In this document: piece after piece, positions 19,015 through 28,547 of the stretch
Position numbering within the stretch: position 1 is the stretch's first letter
How the letters are laid out: every line of letters begins with the position of its first letter
DNA from: a virus
Length of the DNA stretch: 64,000 bases
Strand: one strand, 5' to 3'
Virus record (IMG/VR): IMGVR_UViG_3300033149_003931
Span: 28,568 to 92,567 of that record
The notes under the pieces: model-generated
What the model saw: the letters and a program-made list of their open reading frames with translations, nothing else
The model's database searches: none
What the model was told of the DNA's origin: nothing
Made by a program: the position numbers and the translations under genes

Positions 19015-19617
19015 TTATTTAATAAAGACGAGACCATCATCCTTACCTTCATCAAATCCGCTGTCATTCTCAAAAGCATCAGAGTAGGGGTCAGATAAGC
19101 CTTTATAAGATTTTTTCCTCCCGCTTTCCTTTGGCTGGTTGTCCCGAGAGCTTTCAAGACCATACTTGGCTCTAAGAATATCCCCTAAAGAAGTCTCATC
19201 AGGAGCTCGACCGGAGACGGGTTTACGTCCATTTTTACGGATATCCGAATCTCCTCGGGGTGGTTTCGGGTTAATTATCTTTTGAGTTGGTGCATCTGGA
19301 CGCTTGGCTGTCTTAACTATAGGCTGGACTTTAGGTTTTAAAGGCTTCTGAATAACCCTTTTATCCGGTTCCTTGACCTCAACCTTTTTAACAGGTATGG
19401 GCTGGACAGGTGTTTTTACCAGAGTTACCGGAGCCTTAGTAATAACTGGTACAGGTTTTATTTCCGGAAATGGTTGAGCCTTAACAAAGGTTACAGAACC
19501 TTTTAAAATTTTTTTACAGGTGACACAATAAGTATACTGAACGAGAATTGGCTCCGCATACTTTTTAGTGTGAACAAATTTATTTGCAAAATTTTTATGT
19601 AGACATTTTTTAGGCAT
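19015..19617 (-). CDS. Pro/Lys-rich low-complexity protein
   Basis: Amino-acid composition; N-terminal Cys/His cluster. Confidence 0.5.
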   Translation of the reverse strand: MPKKCLHKNFANKFVHTKKYAEPILVQYTYCVTCKKILKGSVTFVKAQPFPEIKPVPVITKAPVTLVKTPVQPIPVKKVEVKEPDKRVIQKPLKPKVQPIVKTAKRPDAPTQKIINPKPPRGDSDIRKNGRKPVSGRAPDETSLGDILRAKYGLESSRDNQPKESGRKKSYKGLSDPYSDAFENDSGFDEGKDDGLVFIK

Positions 19618-19630
19618 CAGATTCCCCTAA

Positions 19631-20035
19631 TTAAACAATTAATTTTGACCAACTATAAATCTCTACTGTCACCTTTTCGTTAGTCTCAATATTCTGTAAT
19701 TTGGATTCTCGGCCCTCTGCTTTTAGTGGAAATTTTTTGTAATCCACAGGTTTGGCTTGATCTTTATGTTTTTCAACAGCCAAGAGAATCCCATTCAGTA
19801 TTTTTCCATATAACTCTTTCATTGCAGCCTTGTCCAAAATCATTGCGGATTTTACGGTTAAGGGAATAACCGCCGCATATCCGGTACTTTGTTCAGCCAC
19901 AGTAATGTGGTATGAAGGATTTCTCCCTCTAAAGGGGTTAAAATAGCAGTATGTCCTTCCATGAAACTTTGTCGTTTGAAAGATTAACTCAATAAAAGCC
20001 TCTTTACAAACAAGATTTAATTCTTGTGGCAGCAT
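19631..20035 (-). CDS. Hypothetical protein
   Basis: Coupled ORF. Confidence 0.5.
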   Translation of the reverse strand: MLPQELNLVCKEAFIELIFQTTKFHGRTYCYFNPFRGRNPSYHITVAEQSTGYAAVIPLTVKSAMILDKAAMKELYGKILNGILLAVEKHKDQAKPVDYKKFPLKAEGRESKLQNIETNEKVTVEIYSWSKLIV

Positions 20036-20435
20036 TATGATCCCTCCGTATTATTTGGTCTTAATTGAAAGTCTCCATGAATTATTGCTGTTAAAAAAGA
20101 TCTGTCGTTTGTGGTAATATTTTCGTCGTTTATGATAATATTTCCGTTAGAATCAAGTATAACAACTCCACACATACCCAATTTAATATTAACCCAACAG
20201 ACATTAGGGATTACTTGACCCGTCCATTGACTTACTACAATAAACTTTTTAAAATCTGGATGATCTAGATCGATAAACATTATTTCCTCACTTTATCCCA
20301 ACGGGATATTTGTACACGCCCGCGTTTTTAGAGTCTCCCGATGTTCTATACGGTACGCTTCGGCATATCTCAAAGACTTAAGCTTATGTTTTAACCGATA
20401 AGCCTCTTGATACCGACTTCTCTCGATTTAAAGCT

Positions 20436-20660
20436 CTATGTGGCCTCTTTATCCATGGACTGATACATCTCAGCCTCTTTTTTAGTTGTTTCGTAAAAAC
20501 CATCACCTTTAAAAATTACCCCAGATCCGGTTCCGATAAAGCGATCTACCTCCGTAGACCCACATTTCGGACACTGCGTTTCATTTCGTTTAGACATGGG
20601 TTTAAACTCCTCATATCTATGATGACATTTTTTACACTCATAAGGATATGTTGGGCACAT
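20436..20660 (-). CDS. FmdB-like zinc-ribbon protein
   Basis: PTYPYECKKC..CPKCGS..IFKGDGFY. Confidence 0.8.
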   Translation of the reverse strand: MCPTYPYECKKCHHRYEEFKPMSKRNETQCPKCGSTEVDRFIGTGSGVIFKGDGFYETTKKEAEMYQSMDKEAT

Positions 20661-20756
20661 TTATTTTCTCCTTTAGAATAACATAATGATTTTGTAAATA
20701 CCCTACAGTTAAGATTTTATGATACGTTAGCATAACACTTCCTTATTAAGCGGGCC

Positions 20757-21251
20757 CTAGTCAACTTCTATTTCGTCTGAATTACCCGCTCCATACTTCT
20801 TTTCATCATTATTCTTGATATTCCTACAGGTACGAATCAATTCTGTGGCTGATTCCAAACTACCCTGTAATTTATCCCTTAAACGTCTTTCTGCGGCTAC
20901 GGCTAAACTAGCCTCGGGTTCCGCCGCCGCTGCGATATATTTGGCATTTTCGGCTTCGGCCTTATTCTTGAGTAACATCTTATAAGCAGCATTTTTATTC
21001 TTTACTAAACCACAAAGCTGATAATAATAGTCCGCCACGAAAGCTTTGTGTCCCGTAATCTGTTTTTGAAAATCATCGACCTTATCAACATTCTTATGAT
21101 CAAGTTTTATCATCAATTTGGAACCATTTCGGATAGCTTTTTGACTGGCCTCAGTAATCTTTTCAATCTTAACCAAAGACTTAGAGTTATCCTTATTAAA
21201 TTGTTCTACTAATTTTTCTAAAGCCATTGTATTTTCCTCCGATTTATACAA
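20757..21251 (-). CDS. Helical hypothetical protein
   Basis: Coiled-coil-like; probable start at MALEKL. Confidence 0.45.
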   Translation of the reverse strand: MYKSEENTMALEKLVEQFNKDNSKSLVKIEKITEASQKAIRNGSKLMIKLDHKNVDKVDDFQKQITGHKAFVADYYYQLCGLVKNKNAAYKMLLKNKAEAENAKYIAAAAEPEASLAVAAERRLRDKLQGSLESATELIRTCRNIKNNDEKKYGAGNSDEIEVD

Positions 21252-21257
21252 TCAATT

Positions 21258-22505
21258 TTATTTCGATTTTTTCTCATCCTTAGGCTTGTCTTTCTCCGCT
21301 TTGGGCTCTAAGTTGAAAAATAATTTACGAGCTTCTGTAACAGTTAAAAGCCCTTCTTCACTACCGACTAAAAGATTTGCAATTCTGGCCCGGTCATAAT
21401 TTAACTTGGTACCTAAAACCGGAGAAGTAATTTCTGTATCTAATTTCTTAAAGCCACGTCTTACCAAAACCATATTATAAATATAGGCTTCGTATTCCAA
21501 GATAGGCATGACAACATTTTCTAAGAAACGAGATTTTTGTTCCCGAGCATTTAACGAACCAACATCTTGAACAAGGTTTAACATAAACGGAGGAACTTTG
21601 TATACAGAGGCTATCTTCAGACCAATCCATCTCTGTATCTCAATTATGTCTTTCGAGTCCCAATGGGGGATTTCTTTCAGATCAACCTCTTTATTGATCC
21701 CGAGAATCTTCGCCCCTTCGACCATTAAACCGTTAAGATATTCGATAAACTCCATTAAATCCTTTTTGTTAACACTGGCACCCTTTTTAAAGGAGATAAA
21801 CGCTGGCTTATAAAAACCCCGCTTAATAAACTCAACAACCTTCTTTGTAGATTCTTTATCTGAAACAATATCATTGTAAGCACGTTCAATTGGACTACGA
21901 GCCAACGTAGAATCACTGTCAGAGTCGATAGCGAAGTGCATGAGTTCTTGATTGGTTAACTGAATCACCTCCTTAGCATCATTTTTTTTGAATTCAGAAG
22001 AGCTTCCAAGCTTTAAAAATTTATACTGTGGTGGATTATCATCCGTAAGACGCAGAGTATATCCCGGAGCCACAACGAGTTCTATGGGTTTTCCGGACTT
22101 CGATTCAATAATACAAACACCGTTACCCCATCTCAACATGTCTTTTAGATATTTTTTTCTAACCATGAAGAGTGGATCTCTTTCAGACGGGTACTTTAAA
22201 AAAGCATCAATCTTCTCATTCGTGGGAGTCGTATATAGGGGGTATTTTACGACCTCATCAACAATAGTGTTAATACAAGTTTCGGCCCAAACCGTCGTCA
22301 GAATAAGCGCCCGAATCTGTTCAACCGAAAGATTTATTAAAGGTTCATAAGTTGCACCTACGGTACCAAAACCTACGGCATCCTTTTTCCTGTCCCTAAC
22401 CTGTTCTGTTGACTTCAACCGTGTGGAAGGTTTTTTTACCCTTCTAGTTGAAGTTGTTCTTTTCTTTTTAACAGCCATTAGCTTTCTCCTCCCATTGTTT
22501 TGCAC
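21258..22505 (-). CDS. Phage portal protein (HK97-like)
   Basis: CINTI..LRWGNG..MHF..RSPIE..IASVYKVPPFML; follows terminase. Confidence 0.85.
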   Translation of the reverse strand: MQNNGRRKLMAVKKKRTTSTRRVKKPSTRLKSTEQVRDRKKDAVGFGTVGATYEPLINLSVEQIRALILTTVWAETCINTIVDEVVKYPLYTTPTNEKIDAFLKYPSERDPLFMVRKKYLKDMLRWGNGVCIIESKSGKPIELVVAPGYTLRLTDDNPPQYKFLKLGSSSEFKKNDAKEVIQLTNQELMHFAIDSDSDSTLARSPIERAYNDIVSDKESTKKVVEFIKRGFYKPAFISFKKGASVNKKDLMEFIEYLNGLMVEGAKILGINKEVDLKEIPHWDSKDIIEIQRWIGLKIASVYKVPPFMLNLVQDVGSLNAREQKSRFLENVVMPILEYEAYIYNMVLVRRGFKKLDTEITSPVLGTKLNYDRARIANLLVGSEEGLLTVTEARKLFFNLEPKAEKDKPKDEKKSK

Positions 22506-22541
22506 AAAGTGTTTGTTTCTTTTTGTCTTTATATGGCATAA

Positions 22542-24311
22542 TTATTTACCTGCGACCGCTAAAGGTTCTCCATCGCTTTCTTCAGTTATAGAAGCTACTA
22601 TTCCAGCTAAGCAGTCAGAAATATCCTTACTTCCTAAATTAAGCCCTTCCTCACGCATCCGCCATTTACTCTTGCGAGGGTGGTCAATTTTTTTCTTATC
22701 AGTAAATATCAATTCCGTTAATTCTCGAACAACGGGCGGATAAAGATAATACACTATATCCTTTCGGTATATAAAATCTTTAAGGGTATCATAGGGCACC
22801 GTATCTCTTTCTAACGAAATAGTCTTGGCCTCTATCCCATGTTTCTCACAGATATTAAGAAATAGTTTAGAGTTCCAACCGTCAGCGGTTATTTTGACAA
22901 TTGGAAAATTCAACTTTTTTAATAAGGTTTTAATAACAAAATCAAGGATGTCGTTTAAATCAATTTCTTTTGGTTTTCCCTCCTCCGGTTCCGGAGCTCT
23001 GATTTGTAACATTAGATCAATATAAACTTTTGTCTTATCTAAAATACGATAAGTGTGACCCATAGCAATACCAGCACAGTCAACTACTCCACGGGAAAGA
23101 TCAATATGAATATAATATTGAGCACTCTCATGTCTCTCTTTTTCCAATTTAATTCTGTTTTCTAAATCTTCCGAAGGCTTTGCTTCGTATTCTCTTTCCA
23201 ATCTTTCGATTGTATGGGTGTGAAAAGGCCGGAACCAATGCTCAAACTCCTCCTCTCTAATATCCCTTGACCAAACCCTTTGATACCCGTCCTCACCTAA
23301 AGAGTCCGGAAAAATAATTGGAGATGAGTTCTCATAATTAATACAATCTGTTATCCTATCCGCTCGTTTTAAGAAATTATTTGATCGAAATTTCGGTATT
23401 TTACATTCATACATTAACATAGCATTAGCAGGATCTTCGTCATATTCTTCTTGATAAGTCGCTTTATGAACAACATAAGGTTTTAATTCTTCTGGACAAT
23501 TTTTCTCTGCGCGAATATCCCAAGTGGCTGCGCGGTCAAAGTATGTTCTTCCAGAACCACCCTCTTCTGCATGATCGATTAAATATGCCATGTAATCATT
23601 CGGTGAAGTTAAAAACGAGATGTAAAAAAGTTTGTAATATTTTGGACATCGCGTTCTGGCGGAAGTACGAATATGCTTGCGGATATTCTGGGCATTATCA
23701 AATCGAAATGACCCAATCTCATCAAAGATACCCAACACAACATTTTTACCTTCAGCTTTGTGCTCCTTGGAGTTTAACGACCAAGCTCTAATATTTTTAG
23801 GAAATAAAACATGATTCCTAATAATATCTCGGTCAATATTCATACCCAACTCCTCAAAAAAGTTTTTTCCGGTATCCGGATCGATCGTCTTTCTAACCAT
23901 TCGAATAAACTTTTCAAAGAACACAGACTTTGCCTGATCCCCATCAAAGGCCACATTGACGACATCAATAGGCTCTCCACTCTTAATACCTAAAGTTTCT
24001 TGTGGATCATTTAAACAGCATAGCCAATAAATCATATAACAGAGAAGACAGGCAATAGTTAAATCTTTCCCTGAACCTTTTCCCCAAGCCAAAACAAATT
24101 CCGTAAACTTATCACTTAACATACTGGAATTTTGGTTAAAAGCGGCATTTACAGCTTTTTGTTGCCGAGGAAACAAAGGAGTATCTAACCAGTCGCTAAA
24201 AAAGATTTCTGCTGTCACCGGCTTCTGGGCAAACTTACCAGATTTCTGTTCAGAAATATCTACCGCGTCTGACCAAAAATCATTCCATGTGTCTAAACAT
24301 TCTTTAGCCAT
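22542..24311 (-). CDS. terL: Terminase large subunit
   Basis: WGKGSGKD Walker A, GIFDE Walker B, HIDLS and SKDISD nuclease motifs. Confidence 0.9.
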   Translation of the reverse strand: MAKECLDTWNDFWSDAVDISEQKSGKFAQKPVTAEIFFSDWLDTPLFPRQQKAVNAAFNQNSSMLSDKFTEFVLAWGKGSGKDLTIACLLCYMIYWLCCLNDPQETLGIKSGEPIDVVNVAFDGDQAKSVFFEKFIRMVRKTIDPDTGKNFFEELGMNIDRDIIRNHVLFPKNIRAWSLNSKEHKAEGKNVVLGIFDEIGSFRFDNAQNIRKHIRTSARTRCPKYYKLFYISFLTSPNDYMAYLIDHAEEGGSGRTYFDRAATWDIRAEKNCPEELKPYVVHKATYQEEYDEDPANAMLMYECKIPKFRSNNFLKRADRITDCINYENSSPIIFPDSLGEDGYQRVWSRDIREEEFEHWFRPFHTHTIERLEREYEAKPSEDLENRIKLEKERHESAQYYIHIDLSRGVVDCAGIAMGHTYRILDKTKVYIDLMLQIRAPEPEEGKPKEIDLNDILDFVIKTLLKKLNFPIVKITADGWNSKLFLNICEKHGIEAKTISLERDTVPYDTLKDFIYRKDIVYYLYPPVVRELTELIFTDKKKIDHPRKSKWRMREEGLNLGSKDISDCLAGIVASITEESDGEPLAVAGK

Positions 24312-25132
24312 TAAATATCAATCTCCTCATCATCCGTGCCCGAGGAGTCTTCAGGTTTCTCTGTTTCATCCACCTTTGGTTTCTTTGGTCGTTGGTCTTG
24401 AAATTCTGCATCAACAACCTCTTCTCCACCAAGGGCTTGAATATCAATAGTTTTTAAACGCTTAAATGCGTAGAGCCTTTTTTCTTCTGGAATTAAATCC
24501 ATAATAATAGTACGGAAAATTTCCATGACACCCTTTAACACGTCAATTGAAATATAGTTCTTATCAATTAATGCTTGAGGATTGAACAAACTTAGGAGCT
24601 TAGATTCCTTGTCTACACGATCAAGAATAGCTTTTAAAGCATCTATACGCGCTGTCACATAGGTTGGATACTTTGGCTCCCTGCTAATATAATCATATTT
24701 TTTCCTCATCTCACGAACTTGAATACGGTTCTCTTTATTGCGTGTTGTTTCATAAGCCAATTCGGCCTTATCCAATTTTTCTTTAACTTCCTTTGCCTCT
24801 TTTCCCCATGCGTTTAATTTTGTTTTATTTTCAACAACCTTATCTTGAATCTCTTTATAAAGCGTCCAATACTCATCTTTCAAAATATTGACTTCATCTA
24901 ATAACTGTTCAACCCGGGCCAATTGTCTTTTTGCCAATTGAGAGTTTTTAATAATCAAACTGGTGTACCGGGCCTGTAGATATTGAACGTCAGCTAACGC
25001 AGTATTATAATGAACGCTTAATTCCTTAGCTATTTGATGCGGAGTCTTCCCCTTTAAAAAGAGAAGTCTAGTCTTCTCTCTCCGCTCCGCTATCTCCGTC
25101 TTTGATGGTCTTCCGCCACTTGAGTTTGTCAT
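24311..25132 (-). CDS. Putative terminase small subunit
   Basis: N-terminal HTH, coiled coil, acidic tail; coupled to terL. Confidence 0.65.
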   Translation of the reverse strand: MTNSSGGRPSKTEIAERREKTRLLFLKGKTPHQIAKELSVHYNTALADVQYLQARYTSLIIKNSQLAKRQLARVEQLLDEVNILKDEYWTLYKEIQDKVVENKTKLNAWGKEAKEVKEKLDKAELAYETTRNKENRIQVREMRKKYDYISREPKYPTYVTARIDALKAILDRVDKESKLLSLFNPQALIDKNYISIDVLKGVMEIFRTIIMDLIPEEKRLYAFKRLKTIDIQALGGEEVVDAEFQDQRPKKPKVDETEKPEDSSGTDDEEIDI

Positions 25133-25451
25133 GAATTAATCTCCTAATAAATTTTTTACAATCAATCCAGCCTTTTAAATAATCCGTACTAGGAATATTC
25201 TCAGGAAAAATTTGACATTCAACTAATTGATATGTCGCCAGAACTCTTCCCAAATCTACTAACTCATTCATAATAAGGCTGCGACTAAACTTCGTATATA
25301 CAGCAATATCCTGAATGGTATAGTTTGCAAGAATACACTTAAGTAGGATTCTCTGTTTTTTAGAGAGATACTTAGTGAGCTCTTCCGGTAATTGTAATTC
25401 CAATTTATTCAGGGGCTCACAATCCTGTTTATTTCTGAATCTTTTTCCCAT
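25068..25451 (-). CDS. sigma4-like HTH protein
   Basis: LSKKQRILL..YTIQDIA..FSRSLI. Confidence 0.55.
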   Translation of the reverse strand: MGKRFRNKQDCEPLNKLELQLPEELTKYLSKKQRILLKCILANYTIQDIAVYTKFSRSLIMNELVDLGRVLATYQLVECQIFPENIPSTDYLKGWIDCKKFIRRLIHDKLKWRKTIKDGDSGAERED

Positions 25452-25453
25452 GA

Positions 25454-25732
25454 TTAAGATCGAGATTCTTTAGCAAGGTTATCAATAATTTTTCGCTCGT
25501 TTACACGTCGATTATATTTATTTGTTAACCGGCTCTTAAAGAAAACAAACCACTGATCTTTATTGTTTGGGTCGATTTTCCCGCTATCTAAATTTTCCAA
25601 ATATAACACAACCAAATCATTATACAGATCAGACTTATCTTGAATCGGATCTTTCATTGACTCGGCAAAGGTATAAGATAAATAACTCATGATTTCACTG
25701 ATCTCTTCTGGGATTTGCTTAGTAGTCGTCAT
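25454..25732 (-). CDS. sigma2-like protein
   Basis: DKSDLYNDLVVLYLE..WFVFFKSRLTNKY; SD GGAGG before MTTTK. Confidence 0.45.
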   Translation of the reverse strand: MTTTKQIPEEISEIMSYLSYTFAESMKDPIQDKSDLYNDLVVLYLENLDSGKIDPNNKDQWFVFFKSRLTNKYNRRVNERKIIDNLAKESRS

Positions 25733-26465
25733 TTGATTTGTCCTCCACAATATTTATCGAACTCGTTCCAACCCTTTGAACGCCCAATTTAATTAGAGCT
25801 TTAACTTGTTTTTCTGTCCGGATGCCGCCAGAGGCTTTGATTTTCATAGGAATATCTGCATCCTTCATTAAGACCTGCGTATATATAAGTGCCATCAAGA
25901 GCTTGTCAAAATCTTGTTTAATTAATCCAGTATTTGTTTTAAAATAATCTACCCCGGATTGTCGTAAGAGATCAATAATCTCATAAATAGGTACAGATTT
26001 ATTAAAAATGGTTCCTAATTCAACGATGACTTTTACCGGTCGTTTATACCGATCTTTTATCCCCTTTAAAAATTTATAAATTCTTAAAAAATTCCCACGC
26101 ATATACCAATAGATGGGGAAGACCAAATCTAATTCATCAGCTAAACCACTGTCAATTACATATTTAATATTATCTATAGCTTCCTCATTGTAAAGACCTA
26201 AAGCTAATTGAATCCGTTTATTCTTACCATCAGCAAAATATTTAAAAGAATGTAATGGAGGAAAACCCGCAATAGTAATTAATTTCAAATCAGGTCTTCG
26301 ATATTTAACCGCAACGGGTAGGGCACCCCAAGGTAAACAAACGCCCAGATAACCCTTGTCGTTGGCTGTCTCTACAAAAGTACGAATCTCTTTAGAATTC
26401 ATTCCCTTTATATTTGTATACTCGATGTACTTAGAATACTCGACAATTTTAACTTTGTCTTCCAT
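25719..26465 (-). CDS. deoC: Deoxyribose-phosphate aldolase
   Basis: AGFP, ADELDLV, VKVIVE, DYFKTNTG (Schiff-base Lys), IKASGGIR, RVGTS. Confidence 0.85.
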   Translation of the reverse strand: MEDKVKIVEYSKYIEYTNIKGMNSKEIRTFVETANDKGYLGVCLPWGALPVAVKYRRPDLKLITIAGFPPLHSFKYFADGKNKRIQLALGLYNEEAIDNIKYVIDSGLADELDLVFPIYWYMRGNFLRIYKFLKGIKDRYKRPVKVIVELGTIFNKSVPIYEIIDLLRQSGVDYFKTNTGLIKQDFDKLLMALIYTQVLMKDADIPMKIKASGGIRTEKQVKALIKLGVQRVGTSSINIVEDKSNDDY

Positions 26466-26466
26466 G

Positions 26467-26622
26467 CTATGCCTCCCAGCAAATTACTCCCCTATTAAAC
26501 AAACCTAAACCAATAACTAAAATTATTATAAAAATTAATGTCGGAAGAATTACCAGAGTCAAACAAAACGCCCCGCAAGGTATTAAGATAAACCCAGCAA
26601 TTTTACTTTTTAATTTTAGCAT
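26467..26622 (-). CDS. Leaderless 51-aa membrane peptide
   Basis: ATG 7 nt after TATACT; long hydrophobic stretch. Confidence 0.55.
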   Translation of the reverse strand: MLKLKSKIAGFILIPCGAFCLTLVILPTLIFIIILVIGLGLFNRGVICWEA

Positions 26623-26629
26623 TATTATA

Positions 26630-26658
26630 AGTATACCATATTTTTAAACGTTTGTCAA
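26630..26658 (-). promoter_or_regulatory. sigma70-type promoter P2
   Basis: TTGACA-17-TATACT with TG extension. Confidence 0.85.
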
Positions 26659-27105
26659 GCCAGAGTTCTTATCATACCATTTTAAATAATTATCAATTCC
26701 CCGTTTACCAAACTTTTCATAAAGATAATCATAAGCTCTACGGTGTAAAGAGTTATGTTTTGATACAGTAAGAGACATGACCTCAGGAGAATTTTGTTTC
26801 AAATAAATATGATGCCTTACTTTTTTGACTTTCATTTTATATCCGGGGTGTCCCATCAAAGATTAACTAATCCTTAAGCGTTGTTTAGTTGACTGGCTTT
26901 TACCTGTTCTGCCCATATTCTTCCCTGTAGCCCAAGCCGATTGAAGAGCCTGTTTATGCTCTTTAGATTTTGGTTTTCCTCTTGATGCCTTAGAGATTTT
27001 TAAAGCAATTTGTTTTTTATAATCCAAATTTTGCCAACGCTCTTTACTTGTTTGAGCAATTTTTCTTTTAGTTTTTTCAGTATGCCGATAACCAAGAGTT
27101 CCCAT
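26644..27105 (-). pseudogene. NUMOD3-HNH homing endonuclease with an in-frame TAA
   Basis: HTEKTKRKIA and KSKEHK NUMOD3 repeats; RLRIS*SLMGH in one frame (stop at 26863-26865); RHHI..HNSLH. Confidence 0.75.
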
Positions 27106-27106
27106 A

Positions 27107-28258
27107 TTATGTCCTAAGATCCAGTTTATACGACCAAGTTTCCACACGCTTTTTATTGCAACCAAAAAAATGTTGTCGTGGAACGGAGTATCTTTTGAAA
27201 TGCTTAAAGGCCCAATTATCTCTCCAAACCCAACAACCATTTTGTTTAACGATAACCTTATCTGAAATTTCTCTTTCTCGAAGTTGATGAAAATGACCTA
27301 AATGCAAACAGTCAAAGCCACCCATTTCACGATAAAGATCATTGATTTGTTTTTCCAACGCATTTTCAGATTGCCCTTTAATTAAATCCCCATGTTCGAG
27401 TAAATGACGCCAAGGCCCTATTTTAACGATAGCCCTGTGGGAATCCGGAACATTGATTTTGATTCGTTTACTCTCTTGAAATTGTTTTTCCCAAGTTTTA
27501 TAAACAAAATATTCAAAATTGTTTTCCACGGGCTCCTCATATTGAAACTGAGACCGGCCATGATTCCCGACAACGCAATTAACCTCTACCTCGTCATAAA
27601 CACGAAGGAGATCCTTAAAGAATTGAGCAAAGGCGGGAATAGTTCTCCACATTTGCCGACCAACACATTCTTCAATTTCAAAGACCTGTTCAGGAAAAAT
27701 ACGGTCATTCGTAATGATGTCTCCCAAAATATTAATATAAATCTTTCTCAATTGATAAGAATTCGATAAGATTCTATGAATACCTATAATCCCGTGTTCC
27801 AGATTATTCAATTCTTGAAAGAAAATTTTATTATTATAGGTGATAATAGTTTTACAGCTTTTATTGTCATAGGTTTTATTAATCATACCACCATGAACAT
27901 CACTTATATCCAAGATAGAAAATTCTTCCGGCTTACCCTTAACAAATCGACATTTTGGTTCATCCAACTTTACGACTTTAAAATTATTATACAATTGAGC
28001 ACCGAGGTATTTAATTAATTGATCTGCTTCAACTTTTGTAACACGTTTACGTTTCACCTCTTTAATAAGAATTTCGTCACTAACAACAATTTTTCTTTCT
28101 TTACGGTATTTTACAAGACCGTAATTATTAATCATGCGTTCCATGGCCTTTACAGTGGTTTTAAACTCTAAAGCCAACTCAGGGTTTGTAGCACCAAATT
28201 TAAGACCAAAGATTACCTTCTCACGTTTAGCCTCAGTCCATATATTTTTCTTAAGCAT
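27107..28258 (-). CDS. HTH + calcineurin-like metallophosphoesterase
   Basis: SDVH, GD, GNHG, HGD, GHFH. Confidence 0.85.
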   Translation of the reverse strand: MLKKNIWTEAKREKVIFGLKFGATNPELALEFKTTVKAMERMINNYGLVKYRKERKIVVSDEILIKEVKRKRVTKVEADQLIKYLGAQLYNNFKVVKLDEPKCRFVKGKPEEFSILDISDVHGGMINKTYDNKSCKTIITYNNKIFFQELNNLEHGIIGIHRILSNSYQLRKIYINILGDIITNDRIFPEQVFEIEECVGRQMWRTIPAFAQFFKDLLRVYDEVEVNCVVGNHGRSQFQYEEPVENNFEYFVYKTWEKQFQESKRIKINVPDSHRAIVKIGPWRHLLEHGDLIKGQSENALEKQINDLYREMGGFDCLHLGHFHQLREREISDKVIVKQNGCWVWRDNWAFKHFKRYSVPRQHFFGCNKKRVETWSYKLDLRT

Positions 28259-28395
28259 TTATACATCTCCCGTTTTAAGATATTCCCATCTATAACCAAA
28301 AGCTGTGGGTCTTTTATTTAAACAACACCGATACCGCCTATAGCTTTATCTGTACCGTTTCCTCGGCAAGAGCCGTCTACATAGACTTCTAACAT
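28259..28395 (-). pseudogene. RNase HI N-terminal fragment abutting a NUMOD1 tail (deletion scar)
   Basis: MLEVYVDGSCRGNGTDKAIGGIGVV* with SD GGAGGT; overlapping frame CCLNKRPTAFGYRWEY. Confidence 0.75.
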
Positions 28396-28399
28396 TATT

Positions 28400-28537
28400 T
28401 ACCTCCGCATATTGGGATGTCACATTCTTATACCACTCTTTAAACCCTCTTGATATGCTTTTCTTAGAATTTTCTGATCACTCAATAAACTGACAATTTT
28501 TCTTAACTGCTTTTAAAGGTTTTCGTTTCTTATACAT
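28400..28537 (-). pseudogene. Internally deleted WFRD-family HNH remnant
   Basis: MYKKRKPLKAVKK-NCQFIE*SENSKK: family-like N- and C-ends without the core. Confidence 0.55.
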
Positions 28538-28547
28538 CTTACAAACT

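Noticed and set aside
26863-26865. Stop-codon reassignment suggested by in-frame stops (also 28478, 53854)
   Set aside because: All three stop codons terminate intact core genes; in-frame stops occur only in decaying genes
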